From positions 65,695-129,694 of the forward strand of contig CAVTRI010000004.1 of the NCBI GenBank assembly GCA_963737075.1: a DNA stretch of 64,000 bases, given 5' to 3'. Source of the stretch: an uncultured Actinomycetota bacterium (lineage in GTDB: Bacteria; Actinomycetota; Acidimicrobiia; Acidimicrobiales; Palsa-688). Below the pieces are notes generated by a model that ran no database searches, had not been told where the DNA came from, and saw only the letters and a list, made by a program, of their open reading frames with translations. This document shows, in pieces, positions 40,532 to 50,228 of the stretch (position 1 is the first letter of the stretch; the number at the start of each line of letters is the position of its first letter). The position numbers and the translations under genes were made by a program.

Positions 40532-41376
40532 GAGCCGAGCAGGTGACGGATCCGGTCGCGTACCACGGCGAGGGACCCGTGTGGTCGGAGCGGTGGGGCG
40601 GCCTGCGCTGGGTCGACATGCTCGCCGGCGACCTCCTCTTCCTGCGGTCCGACGGCGCGGTCGAGCGGCGGCACGTTGGCACTATCGCTGCCTCGCTGCG
40701 GCCGCGCCGGGGCGGCGGGGCGGTGATCGGTGTCGAACGCGGCTTCGCGCTGGAGGAGCCGGACGGCACGGTGGTGACGCTAAGCGAGCTCTGGACGGAC
40801 CCGGGCGTACGCATGAACGAGGGCGGCTGCGACCCTGACGGGCGCTTCTACTGCGGCACGATGGCATACGACAAGACCCCGGGCGCGGCCGCGCTCTTCC
40901 GGCTCGACCCCGACCGCTCGACACACGTCGTCCTCGACCACCTGACAATCTCGAACGGTATCGAGTGGAGCCCGGACGGCTCCCGCGCCTACTTCAACGA
41001 CACCGACACCTACCGCGTCGACGTCTTCGATTATGACCGGGATGCGGGTCTCGTGAACCGCCGGGCCTTCTACAGCGTGCCGCGCGAAGACGGTCGCCCG
41101 GACGGCCTGACGGTCGACGCCGAGGGCGGCGTCTGGGTCGCGCTCAACCACAGCGGCACCGTCCGCCGCTTCACCCCCGACGGCCTCCCCGACACGGTCG
41201 TCGAGGTCGAGCCGCGTCAGGTGACGGCCTGCACGTTCGGCGGCGACAGACTCGATGAGTTGTTCATCACGACCTCGCGCGAAAACCTGCCGGCGAGCGA
41301 CGATCCACGGGCCGGGTCGCTCTTCCGTGCCGACGTCGGCGTCCCTGGGCTCCCCGCGCGCGAGTTCGCCGGATGA
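40528..41376 (+). CDS. SMP-30/gluconolactonase/LRE family lactonase, copy 2
   Basis: 282 aa, colinear with copy 1 (the first 35 residues are nearly identical: M R A/T E Q V/I TDPVAYHGEGPVWSERWGGLRWVDMLAGD). Confidence 0.8.
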   Translation: MRAEQVTDPVAYHGEGPVWSERWGGLRWVDMLAGDLLFLRSDGAVERRHVGTIAASLRPRRGGGAVIGVERGFALEEPDGTVVTLSELWTDPGVRMNEGGCDPDGRFYCGTMAYDKTPGAAALFRLDPDRSTHVVLDHLTISNGIEWSPDGSRAYFNDTDTYRVDVFDYDRDAGLVNRRAFYSVPREDGRPDGLTVDAEGGVWVALNHSGTVRRFTPDGLPDTVVEVEPRQVTACTFGGDRLDELFITTSRENLPASDDPRAGSLFRADVGVPGLPAREFAG

Positions 41377-42611
41377 TCTGCACGCTGCTCCTCCTCGGCG
41401 CGACCGGCGACCTCGCACAGCGCTTTTTGCTCCCGGCGCTCGGCGCGCTCGAACAGGCAGGCCGACTGCCCGGCACCTTCCGGGTTGTCGGCGGCGGGCG
41501 CACCGCGCTCGACGACGAGGGTTTCCGGCGACTCGCGAGCGACGCCCTCCCGGTGGACATGCTCGCCTACCGGCGCGTCGACCTCGCTGACTCCTCGAGC
41601 CTCGCGGCCGCGCTCGATGGCACGCCGGAGCCGGTCGCGGCTTACCTCGCGCTGCCGCCAGCGGTCTTCCCGACCACGATCGAATCGCTCGCCGCATCGG
41701 GCCTGCCGACCGGAAGCCGCGTCGTTGTCGAGAACCCTTTCGGCGAGAACCTCGTGAGCGCCCGCGCGCTGAACGCGTTGCTGGCGCAAGCGTGCGTGGA
41801 CGCGTACCGCGTCGACCACGTGCTCGGAATGGAGACGACGCGGAACCTCGTCGCCATGCGGCGCCGAAACCCGGTCTTTGAGCGACTTTGGAACGGCGAG
41901 AGCGTCGAGCAGGTCGAGATCCTCTGGGAGGAGACGCTCGCGCTCGAGGACCGCGCGGGCTACTACGACCATGCCGGCGCCCTTAAGGATGTGCTGCAGA
42001 GCCACATGCTCCAGCTGCTCGCGTGCGTCGCGATGGACGCACCCGCGGACGACGACGACCTCCACGCGCGAAAGCTCGGCGTGCTCAGGTCGGCCCGCGT
42101 CGCCACAAGCAGCCGCCGCGCCCGTTACACCGCGGGCATACTCGCGGACGGACGCGAGGTTGGCGCCTACGCTGACGAAGCAGGCGTCGATCCCGCCCGC
42201 GGCACCGAGACGTTCGCCGAGGTCACGCTCGAGGTCGAGACGCCGAGGTGGAGCGGCACCCGGTTTGTGCTGCGGGCAGGAAAAGCGCTCGCACGCCGGC
42301 GCAAGCTCGTCCAACTGCGCTTCCGGTCCGGAGGCGAGCTCGATGTCGGCATCGACGGCCCGCGGGACGTCGTCCTGCGCATCCGCGGTGCCGCAAGTGA
42401 CCCGCTTGAGCTGCGCGCGCCCGCGCCCGACGACAGGTTGCCTCCGTACGCGCATGTCCTCCTCGACATCCTCGCCGGCAAGAATGCCCTCTCCGTCTCT
42501 GGCGACGAGGCCGACCAAGCCTGGCGCGTCGTCGCTCCCGTCCTCGCCGCCTGGGAGGCCGGGGCTGTCCCGCTCGAAGAGTATCCGGCCGGGTCTGCCG
42601 GGCCGCGTTGA
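41373..42611 (+). CDS. glucose-6-phosphate-dehydrogenase-family protein, divergent paralogue
   Basis: 412 aa. Contains LLLGATGDLAQRFLLPAL, ENPFGENL, RVDHVLGMETTRN (Lys of the RIDHYLGKE signature replaced by Met) and DVLQSHMLQLLACVAMDAP. Confidence 0.7.
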   Translation: MICTLLLLGATGDLAQRFLLPALGALEQAGRLPGTFRVVGGGRTALDDEGFRRLASDALPVDMLAYRRVDLADSSSLAAALDGTPEPVAAYLALPPAVFPTTIESLAASGLPTGSRVVVENPFGENLVSARALNALLAQACVDAYRVDHVLGMETTRNLVAMRRRNPVFERLWNGESVEQVEILWEETLALEDRAGYYDHAGALKDVLQSHMLQLLACVAMDAPADDDDLHARKLGVLRSARVATSSRRARYTAGILADGREVGAYADEAGVDPARGTETFAEVTLEVETPRWSGTRFVLRAGKALARRRKLVQLRFRSGGELDVGIDGPRDVVLRIRGAASDPLELRAPAPDDRLPPYAHVLLDILAGKNALSVSGDEADQAWRVVAPVLAAWEAGAVPLEEYPAGSAGPR

Positions 42612-43059
42612 TGTCCTTGCGTCCTATGCCGGAGCAGACGCAACAAAGACATCCGGAGCCGCCGGGATCCTCACCGTCGCGTTCCAATTGCCCAGTGGTG
42701 GATCGTTGTGCCGAAAGCGGACTCACTCCCGCTCGTGCTCGGGGATTTTTACCGTCGCGGGGCCGCTCGTACCGACAAAGCGTCGCAGGTACTACTCCCG
42801 TGCCCCGGGGAGTGGATACAACGATCGGGTGATCGTCCATCGCTCCGGTCACAGCGACCCATGTTGTATCACCATTCGCGGGCTGCGGCTCAGGGTCGGA
42901 CTCCCAACTCAGTTGACTCTGCGATTTACTCGTTGGATAGCGGGAACACGCGTCTCTGACGATGTAGCAGGAGCGTATCCCGCCGAACAATTGCTGGGTG
43001 CGTGGACCTGACCTGGATAATCCGTTTCGGGATTCCAAACCTTTGATTGTAAGGTCGCG

Positions 43060-43807
43060 TCAAGAATGGGCACCGGACTCCTCGTCGGCCGCCTGGCGGT
43101 GTCGGGCCTGGTAGCCGCCGGCTAGGCGGTTGAGAGCGTCCGCGCCGTCTCCGCTGAATGACGAGCCGTGCATCAGTGCAAGAGTGGTCGGTTGCAACTC
43201 GGCCAGCCGCCGGATCGTGGGCGCGGTGGCTGGAGTCAAGCATGTAGAGCCGAACAAGTCCTCGGCGCGTTCGGCGACCTCGACGATGTCGCCGGCCGTC
43301 ACTGGCGGGCCGTCGCCCAGATGGGCGAAAAGATCACCGCACAGGAGGGTGCCTGTGGTCTCCTCGTAGAGCACCCGCGCATCCCATCCGTGGGGGACGT
43401 GAGGGGTATCGAGGTGCCGGACGCGCTTCCCGCCCAAATCGATGACTTCGTTGTTGGCCAGCGCTCGCGGGGGCCGGTCGGCCATCTCGTTGAGCGTTAC
43501 GAAACACCCGACGGCCCCGTGAGCGACCAGAGCATGGGGAGCGGCGGATAACAGGAGGTTCATGGACCCGCACTCGTCCGATTCGACGTGCCCAAATGTG
43601 ATCCAACGCAAAACGTTCCACCGGCAGCACCGTAGCGATAGCGTCCTTGACGTCACCGAAGACCGAACGCTGCCCGGTGTGGAACAGGAGCGGCTGTTCC
43701 GCTCGGATGAGGAACTGGTTGACGCTGAAGCCGTCTGGGCCAATGTTGGGCAAGACGGTAGAGATCCTGAAGATACCGTCAGCGACCTCGTCCACCTTGG
43801 CGGCCAT
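43060..43807 (-). pseudogene. MBL-fold metallo-hydrolase-like protein, one frameshift
   Basis: Reads MAAKVDEVADGIFRISTVLPNIGPDGFSVNQFLIRAEQPLLFHTGQRSVF...VLPVER, then switches at about 43605-43625 to RWITFGHVESDECGSMN...RHLDTPHVPHGWDA... Confidence 0.65.
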
Positions 43808-44128
43808 GTTCAACACTCCTTCCTCGAAGCTGTCGGGCCATGCCCGTGATATGTGGACAGTCAACCAACCCCCGTGAAGCCTCGCTGCAGGAGGTGTGAA
43901 GATACCGTGGAGACCCGTCGCCTAACAGCGGACCGCCGTGTTTCGCCGAGGGCATGATCAAGCTGGACGACATCGCCTGAGCAAAATTCCTCTGCGAACG
44001 GCGCACGGTGGGGCGGTCAACCACCCACGTGTGCCGCGTCCCGGTTTGAAGACCCGTTCGAGGCTATCTCGGGTTCGCGCCCGCTTCGGTTCGTCGCGCT
44101 CCGCGAGACGGGACCGGGCGTCGGCGGG

Positions 44129-45987
44129 TCATGCTCGGAGAAGGCGGTGGGCAGCGTCGACAATGTGACGTGACGAGATGCCAGCAGCATCGAGCAGCTC
44201 CGCCGGCGTCCCCGACGTCGGTAGCCCCTGCACGGCCAAGTGCGCGACTCGGAGCGCGGGCACCGAGGCGTCCGCCAAGGCCTCCAACACGGCGGCCCCG
44301 ATCCCGCCCTCGGGGTAGTGGTCTTCGGCTACGACCAGGCGACCGCCGGTCACCTGGCAGGCCTCCACCAGGGCGTCGCGGTCAATGGGCTTGACCGAGT
44401 ACACGTCGAGGACCCGCGCCGACACGCCTGAACCGGCAAGCCCCTCGGCGGCGGCCAGACACTCGTGCAGGGTGACCCCCGCCCCAACCAGGGCCACCTG
44501 GTCGCCAGGTCCGCCCCCGTGGAGCTTCGACCCGCCGACCGGAAACGTCTCGTCCGGTGGATAGATCACTGGGTAGGCGCCCCGTGTGGTGCGCAGGTAC
44601 ACGATGCCGGCGGTGTCGGCCATGACGGCGACGAGCTGAGCGGCTGCTTGGGCATCGGCGGGGTACAACACGATCGAGCCGTGCACCGCCCGCAGGGCCG
44701 CCAACTCCTCTAAGGCCATTTGTGACGGGCCGTCCTGGCCGATCTCGACCCCGGCGTGGGAGCCCACCAGGCGGATGTTCACCTCGGAGATGCCGGCCAT
44801 CCGGATGAAGTCGAAGGCGCGGGTAAAGAACACCGCGAAGGTGGCTGCGAAAGGCACATACCCTCGAACCGCGAGCCCGACGGCGGTGGCCACCAACTGC
44901 TGTTCGGCGATGAATACCTCGAAGTAACGCTCTCGGCAGACCTTCTGGAACTCCTCGGCGCCGGTGGAGTTCCCGACTTCCCCGTCGATGACGACCACCT
45001 CCGGGCGTGCGGCCAGGGCGGCCACGGCCGCACCGAAGGCCACACGGGTGGCTACCTTGTCACCCAGCGCATATTCTGGGAGGGAGACGGCGGCGGTGGG
45101 CTCCGCAGTGATAGCCGGGAGCCTGGGCTCGGGAGGTTCCGTGCTGATGCGCAGATCGCTCGTGCCGCCCAGGGCAGCGATGGCACGCTCGGCCATATCG
45201 GCGGGAAGAGCCTTGCCGTGCCAGCCGTTCTTGTCCTCCAACTCGGGCACGCCCTTGGCCTTGATGGTCCGGGCCAGTACCACCGTCGGACGGTCGGCGC
45301 TCGAGCGAGCTGCGGCCAACGCCTGGTCGATCGCCTGCGGGGATGCCCGTCGATGACCAACGGCTGACATCCGAAAGCCGCCACCCGGGCCGAGTAACGG
45401 TCCAGGTCCCATTCCAGCTCGGTCGGTCCCCGTTGTCCTAGGCGGTTGACATCCACAATGGCGGTGAGGTTGCCCAGCGCGTAGTAGCTGGCCTTGTCGA
45501 GAGCCTCCCAGATCGAACCTTCCGCGGTCTCGCTGTCGCCGCACAGCACCCAGACGTGATACGGCAGCTTGTCCAAATACCTTGCGGCCAAACAGACGCC
45601 GACCGCGTCGGGCAGCCCCTGGCCGAGCGATCCGGTGGCCACGTCTACCCAGGGCAGCACCGGGGTGGGGTGGCCTTCTAGCCGGGCTCCAAACTGTCGA
45701 TAGGTCTTGATGAGCTCGTCCTCGCTCACCACCCCCACGGCCCGGAACATGGCGTACAAAAGCGGCGAGGCGTGACCCTTAGAGAAGATCAGATGGTCGT
45801 TGTTGGCCAGGTGGGGCTGGTTCCAGTCGTAATGAAAATGGCCGACCAGCAGAACAGCCATAAGATCGGCAGCCGACAGCGACGAAGTGGGATGCCCCGA
45901 ACCGGCCTGGGTGCTGCATCGGATGGAGTCCACCCGCAGCTGGGTGGCCAACCGGCGGGCCAGGTTTAACTGTTCCTCGGTCATCAT
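44129..45987 (-). pseudogene. tkt: transketolase (about 620-aa single-chain type), one frameshift
   Basis: The N-terminal ORF reads ...SGHPTSSLSAADLMAVLL...SKGHASPLLYA...GSLGQGL..VLCGDSETAEGSIWEA...AFGCQPLVIDGH. The C-terminal ORF reads ..PQAIDQALAAA..RPTVVLARTIKAKG...FIAEQQLV...EDHYPEGGIG. The switch lies at the G4 run 45339-45342. Confidence 0.85.
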
Positions 45988-46423
45988 CGGTGCTCCTGCC
46001 GAGGGTTAATTGAATATCTTTCAAAGGGCACCTCGGACCCTTGCCAATTTAGCCGCGGCGGCCGGGGCGGCGGAGGAGACGCCGGGACCGCCTGGCCTAA
46101 GGGCGGTCGAGGCTGAAAGTAGGCGTGGACGATGTGATTGTTCGGTGGAGTCGACCGTGCCCAAGGCGTTCCTGCCCGTCGTGCCGCCGGCGGACGCAGG
46201 GCCAGGACCGCGTCGAGGTGCATCCGCGGGATGCTCATTGCTTCGGCCGGCCAGCCCAACCGGTTGTGTCCAAGCGGCGATGGTGCCGGGGACCCGGCTT
46301 TGTGCGGAAGACCTGGACGGAACGGATCGCCGGAATCGCCCAAACTCCTCTGCGCTCCATTCCCAACGTCCCTACACGGTCATTCCTTGATCGTGATTCC
46401 CGGTCTCGCTCGGGTCCCCAGGG

Positions 46424-47044
46424 CTACCAGTGCAGCTTGAGCGCGCTGGCGAATCCAGCGCCGATCTGCTCCTGGATGGCGATGTGGAACAGACCCACCT
46501 GTTCCAACATCCGGGCTCTCTTTAGCGGGCCCACATCGACCGGCCTCATGCCACCTGCTTCCACCAGTGACGCCACCTTCGCCTTGGCTTCGTCATCGTC
46601 ACCGGCGATCAACACCTCCAAAGTCTCTCCTCCACCCTCGCCGGCCACCAACGTCTTGGCGAAGGTCGTGTTGAAGGCCTTCACGACGCGCGTGTGATCC
46701 GGCACGAGCCGGGCGGTCTCTTCGGCAGAAGAGCTACCCTCGGGCGTGACCACCCGGTCCATGCGCTCCCAGTCCAGCGGGTTGGCGATGTCCACGACCA
46801 CCCTCCCGGCCAGGCTCTCCCCGTACGCTTCGACCGCCGCGGACACCTGTTCGTACGGCAGAGCCAGCACCACGATCTCGCCGCTCACCCTTTGGGCGGC
46901 TGTCGCGCCCTGTCCGAATTGGTCAGCTAGGTCCCGGGCGTCCTCGGGATTGCGGTCCACCAGCTCGACTTCGTTGCCGCCGGCCAACATCCGAGTGCCG
47001 ATGCCGCGACCCATGTTGCCAGCTCCGATAATGGTTACCTTCAC
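46424..47044 (-). CDS. NADP oxidoreductase, coenzyme F420-dependent family (NpdG-like)
   Basis: GTG 47044 preceded by GGAGGAGG. Contains VKVTIIGAGNMGRGIGTRMLAGGNEVELVDRN, VVLALPY and VKAFNT. Confidence 0.7.
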   Translation of the reverse strand: MKVTIIGAGNMGRGIGTRMLAGGNEVELVDRNPEDARDLADQFGQGATAAQRVSGEIVVLALPYEQVSAAVEAYGESLAGRVVVDIANPLDWERMDRVVTPEGSSSAEETARLVPDHTRVVKAFNTTFAKTLVAGEGGGETLEVLIAGDDDEAKAKVASLVEAGGMRPVDVGPLKRARMLEQVGLFHIAIQEQIGAGFASALKLHW

Positions 47045-47140
47045 CTTCCACCTCCTCCACTCGAACAATCACCTCCGAACCGAGCACCGTCACGGGCACA
47101 GCCGCCGGTTCGACCAAAACCTATTCCACCTTTGATACTG

Positions 47141-48394
47141 CTAGTGCCGCGTCCGGGAACGTTTGCCTGGTAGATCCACCATCGGCGAGGTAGGGCCGGT
47201 CACGCTGATCGGACATGTTGGTGTCCGATCGGAGGTGATGGTGGCTCGGGAAGGTTTGCGGGTCCGGGAGGTCTCGAATGAAGAGGGCAACCGGCTGCTT
47301 CGTATCGTCCGGCGGTCGTCGGGTTCGGTGGTTACTTGGCGGCGGGCGCAGATGGTGCTGTTGTCGGTGCCGGGAATGGACGTGTCTGGTATTGCCAAGG
47401 TGACTTTCACCAGTGCCGACCGGGTGCGCGAAGTGATCAACAACTTCAACGCTGATGGCTTCGATTCGCTCTATCCGAAGTACGCCGGTGGCCGTCCGCC
47501 GACATTTACGCTGCCGCAACGCCAGGCGATCAAGAAGATCGCCTTGTCCCGTCCCGGCGACCACGGTCTGCCGTTCTCGACCTGGAGCCTGGCCAAGCTG
47601 GCTGAGTTCTTGGTGGCCGAGGGGGTGGTCGACGACATCTCCCACGAGGGGCTCCGGCTGGTCCTGCGTGACGAGGAGGTGTCCTTTCAAGCGGTGAAGA
47701 CCTGGAAGCAGTCCACCGACTCCGACTTCGAGGCGAAGAAGAACCGTGTCCTCGAGCTGTACGACATCGCCGAGGGCAAGGCGACCCCTGGGCCAGGCGA
47801 CCCACCGGTGGTGTTCTCGATGGACGAGTTCGGCCCGCTCAATCTGCTGCCCCGGCCCGGAAAGCAGTGGGCGCCGGTGGTGCGGCGAGGATCGAAGGGC
47901 TCAACCTCGGCCCCGCGGCGGCGTCGGAACCGGGCCACCTACAAGCGCACCAAGGGTGTGCGGCATTTGCTCGCCGCGCTGGACATGAACCGGGACCACC
48001 TTTACGGTCACATCAAGACCACGAAGAACCGGACCAAGTTCTTGGAGTTCTGCCGTTACCTGCGCAGCCTCTACCCGCCCGAGGTGCGCATCGCGATCGT
48101 GATGGACAACTTCACTCCGCATCTTTCGACCAAGAAAGACAGTCGGGTCGGTGACTGGGCGGCCGCGAACAACGCCGAGCTGGCCTATGTGCCGACCAAC
48201 GCCAGCTTCCTCAATCGCATCGAATGTCACTTCACCGCGCTGCGCTACTTCGCTCTCAACGGCACCGACCATCAAAGCCATGAGGAGCAGAACTCGATGA
48301 TCCGCCGCTACATCGCCTGGCGCAACCGCCACAAGGACCATGAAGCACTTCGTGCTGTTTCAAAGCGCGCAAAGGTTGCTTGATGCGGCACTAG
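47141..48394 (+). mobile_element. IS630-family insertion sequence, copy 1 (1254 bp including CTAG at both ends)
   Basis: Terminal inverted repeats CTAGTGCCGCGTC... / ...GATGCGGCACTAG. The TA inside CTAG at both junctions is consistent with TA duplication. Identical in length to copy 2. Confidence 0.9.
47163..48383 (+). CDS. IS630-family DDE transposase
   Basis: 406-aa track ORF; the true start is probably about 25 codons downstream at VMVAREGL. Contains FSMDEFGPLNL, AIVMDNFTPH and YVPTNASFLNRIECHF. Confidence 0.9.
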   Translation: MPGRSTIGEVGPVTLIGHVGVRSEVMVAREGLRVREVSNEEGNRLLRIVRRSSGSVVTWRRAQMVLLSVPGMDVSGIAKVTFTSADRVREVINNFNADGFDSLYPKYAGGRPPTFTLPQRQAIKKIALSRPGDHGLPFSTWSLAKLAEFLVAEGVVDDISHEGLRLVLRDEEVSFQAVKTWKQSTDSDFEAKKNRVLELYDIAEGKATPGPGDPPVVFSMDEFGPLNLLPRPGKQWAPVVRRGSKGSTSAPRRRRNRATYKRTKGVRHLLAALDMNRDHLYGHIKTTKNRTKFLEFCRYLRSLYPPEVRIAIVMDNFTPHLSTKKDSRVGDWAAANNAELAYVPTNASFLNRIECHFTALRYFALNGTDHQSHEEQNSMIRRYIAWRNRHKDHEALRAVSKRAKVA

Positions 48395-48814
48395 CATGAC
48401 TCGAGTCTCGGCGGCTTCATCAAGCGATTGCCCTCTCGTGCGGTTCGGCTCCGGTCGGCCTGTTGCAGGCTGAGACTGAGACATATCAATGCCCTTCACA
48501 CCTGGACGCCGCCGCCGTTCTCCCGCGCTCCTAAGGGTCGCAGCGGGACCGCCGGTTCTGGGCAAATAATGGGCGATGGGCACTCTTTGCCTGACTCGAT
48601 TGGCGACCGGCAACCGGTGCCATAACGTAGCCCGGGGCTCGTCGATTGCCGACAAGGCACGTGCCGGGCTAGACGGTCAGCCGTAGCGAGCACGGCGGTA
48701 GTCGCTGTCCCTGGTGGCGAGGTAGTCGTCCATGCGCGGTCGCTAGCCCGGCTTTTCGGGAGCCGACTCCGAGGCGAGCAGGCTGACGGCCGGCTGGCGG
48801 CTACCGTCGACTCT

Positions 48815-49429
48815 GTGACCGTGGATGCATCCTCCCTGCTCGCGTCCTCGCCGCTACGGCCGGCTGAGGGCATCATGCGCCTGGAGCGGGAGGGTCGCCC
48901 GTACAACCTGGACGAGGTAGATGCCGCTGGCGACGAAGGTTCGCAGTGGTGGGAAGCCGATGGAGGTGTGCTCATCGTGAACGCCCCACCGACTGTCGCA
49001 CACCAGCGGTGGGTCATGGGGCTGGCCTTTACCTGGCGGGCGGCGATCGACCGGGCTCGCTGGCAGGTCCTGACCGGCCTCCAGCGAGTTGTGCTTGATG
49101 AGACCACTTGGGCGGAGCCGGATGTGGCCATCTGGCCCGCCGGCGAAATCGACGTGGCCGCGGGCCGGTCAACTCCGGAGCTAGTAGCCGAGGTTCTCTC
49201 CCCCTCTTCGGCCCGTCGGGATCGGCGGGACAAGCCCGGCCTGTATGGTCGCGCAGGTGTGAACTGGCTTGTCCTTGCCGATCCCGCTGTTGACGCCCCC
49301 GCGATCGAGATTTATCAACTTGGCCGCGATGGCCAGAGCCGCCGGACAGCGTCCGCCGTGCGGGACGAGCCGCTCTGGTGTCCCGTGACCGGCGCCGATT
49401 TGACCCCCGCGGTCGTCGCCCAGGGCTGA
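48815..49429 (+). CDS. Uma2-family (DUF820) putative endonuclease
   Basis: 204 aa. Contains AEPDVAIWPAG, PELVAEVLSPSSARRDRRDKPGLYGRAGVNWLVLADP. Confidence 0.65.
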   Translation: MTVDASSLLASSPLRPAEGIMRLEREGRPYNLDEVDAAGDEGSQWWEADGGVLIVNAPPTVAHQRWVMGLAFTWRAAIDRARWQVLTGLQRVVLDETTWAEPDVAIWPAGEIDVAAGRSTPELVAEVLSPSSARRDRRDKPGLYGRAGVNWLVLADPAVDAPAIEIYQLGRDGQSRRTASAVRDEPLWCPVTGADLTPAVVAQG

Positions 49430-49851
49430 TCAGCGCCTGATTGGTGCCCCGCCAGATCTCTAACCTGATGTCGGCTGATGCCGCTCACCCGCGCACCGCT
49501 GCCCGCCAGGTATGGCGTCCATAGCACGCGGCCGCCGCCGGGCGACTTCTTGCTTGGCAAAGTACGCAAGGTACCAACGCTCAGGCACCTGAGTGGCCCC
49601 ACTATCCCGGCGATCGGGGTCACCAGGCTGCCGGAAATAGGGGTCGTCAGGCGCTCACGCTCTGGGGCGTATGGCCCGCCGCCCCGAGCCGCCTGACAAG
49701 CGCATCGCCGTCCTTAGGGCCTCGTCAGGACTCTGGCGCCTCGAAATTTTGCGCGCCTGGTCAGGAGGGTTGGGTTCCGCATGAGGAGGCCGGATGTAGA
49801 GGGACTCCTGCTACGTCTGGCGTAGCTACGCAGAACGTAGAGCTTGGGACC

Positions 49852-50228
49852 ATGGGACGAACTGCTGGATCACGAGGACTGCAGCGCTCGAACGATCCCC
49901 CGCTGCTCATTTTGACCAGCCTGGCGGAAGGGCCCAAACACGGGCATGCGCTCACGAAGGGCCCAAACACGGGCATGCGCTCGCGAAGGACATCGAGGCA
50001 TTCGCCGGTGTCGTTCTGGGCCCCGGCGCCCTCTACGGTGCGATCACTCGCCTGGAAGAGCGGGAACTGATCGAGCCGTTGCCCAGCGTCGACCGTCGCC
50101 GCCCGTATCGAATCACCCCGGCGAGTGCTTCTGCGCTGGCTGACGCCGTGGCTCACATGCGTCGGATAGCCGAGGTGGGGGCTGTCTGTTTAGGGCAGGT
50201 CTCCGCTCTTCGCCCAGGGATGCTGTGA
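49852..50228 (+). pseudogene. PadR-family transcriptional regulator disrupted by a 29-bp tandem duplication
   Basis: Reads PPLLILTSLAEGPKHGHAL, then the duplicated unit, then (after deleting one unit) AKDIEAFAGVVLGPGALYGAITRLEERELIEPL... Confidence 0.75.
49927..49984. repeat. direct tandem duplication, 2 x 29 bp (GAAGGGCCCAAACACGGGCATGCGCTC[A/G]C)
   Basis: Copies at 49927-49955 and 49956-49984 differ at one base. 29 is not a multiple of 3. Confidence 0.9.

Noticed and set aside
49927-49984. Could the 29-bp repeat be a minimal CRISPR array?
   Set aside because: There are only two units, directly abutting with no spacer, and they sit inside a padR coding sequence. This is a tandem duplication.
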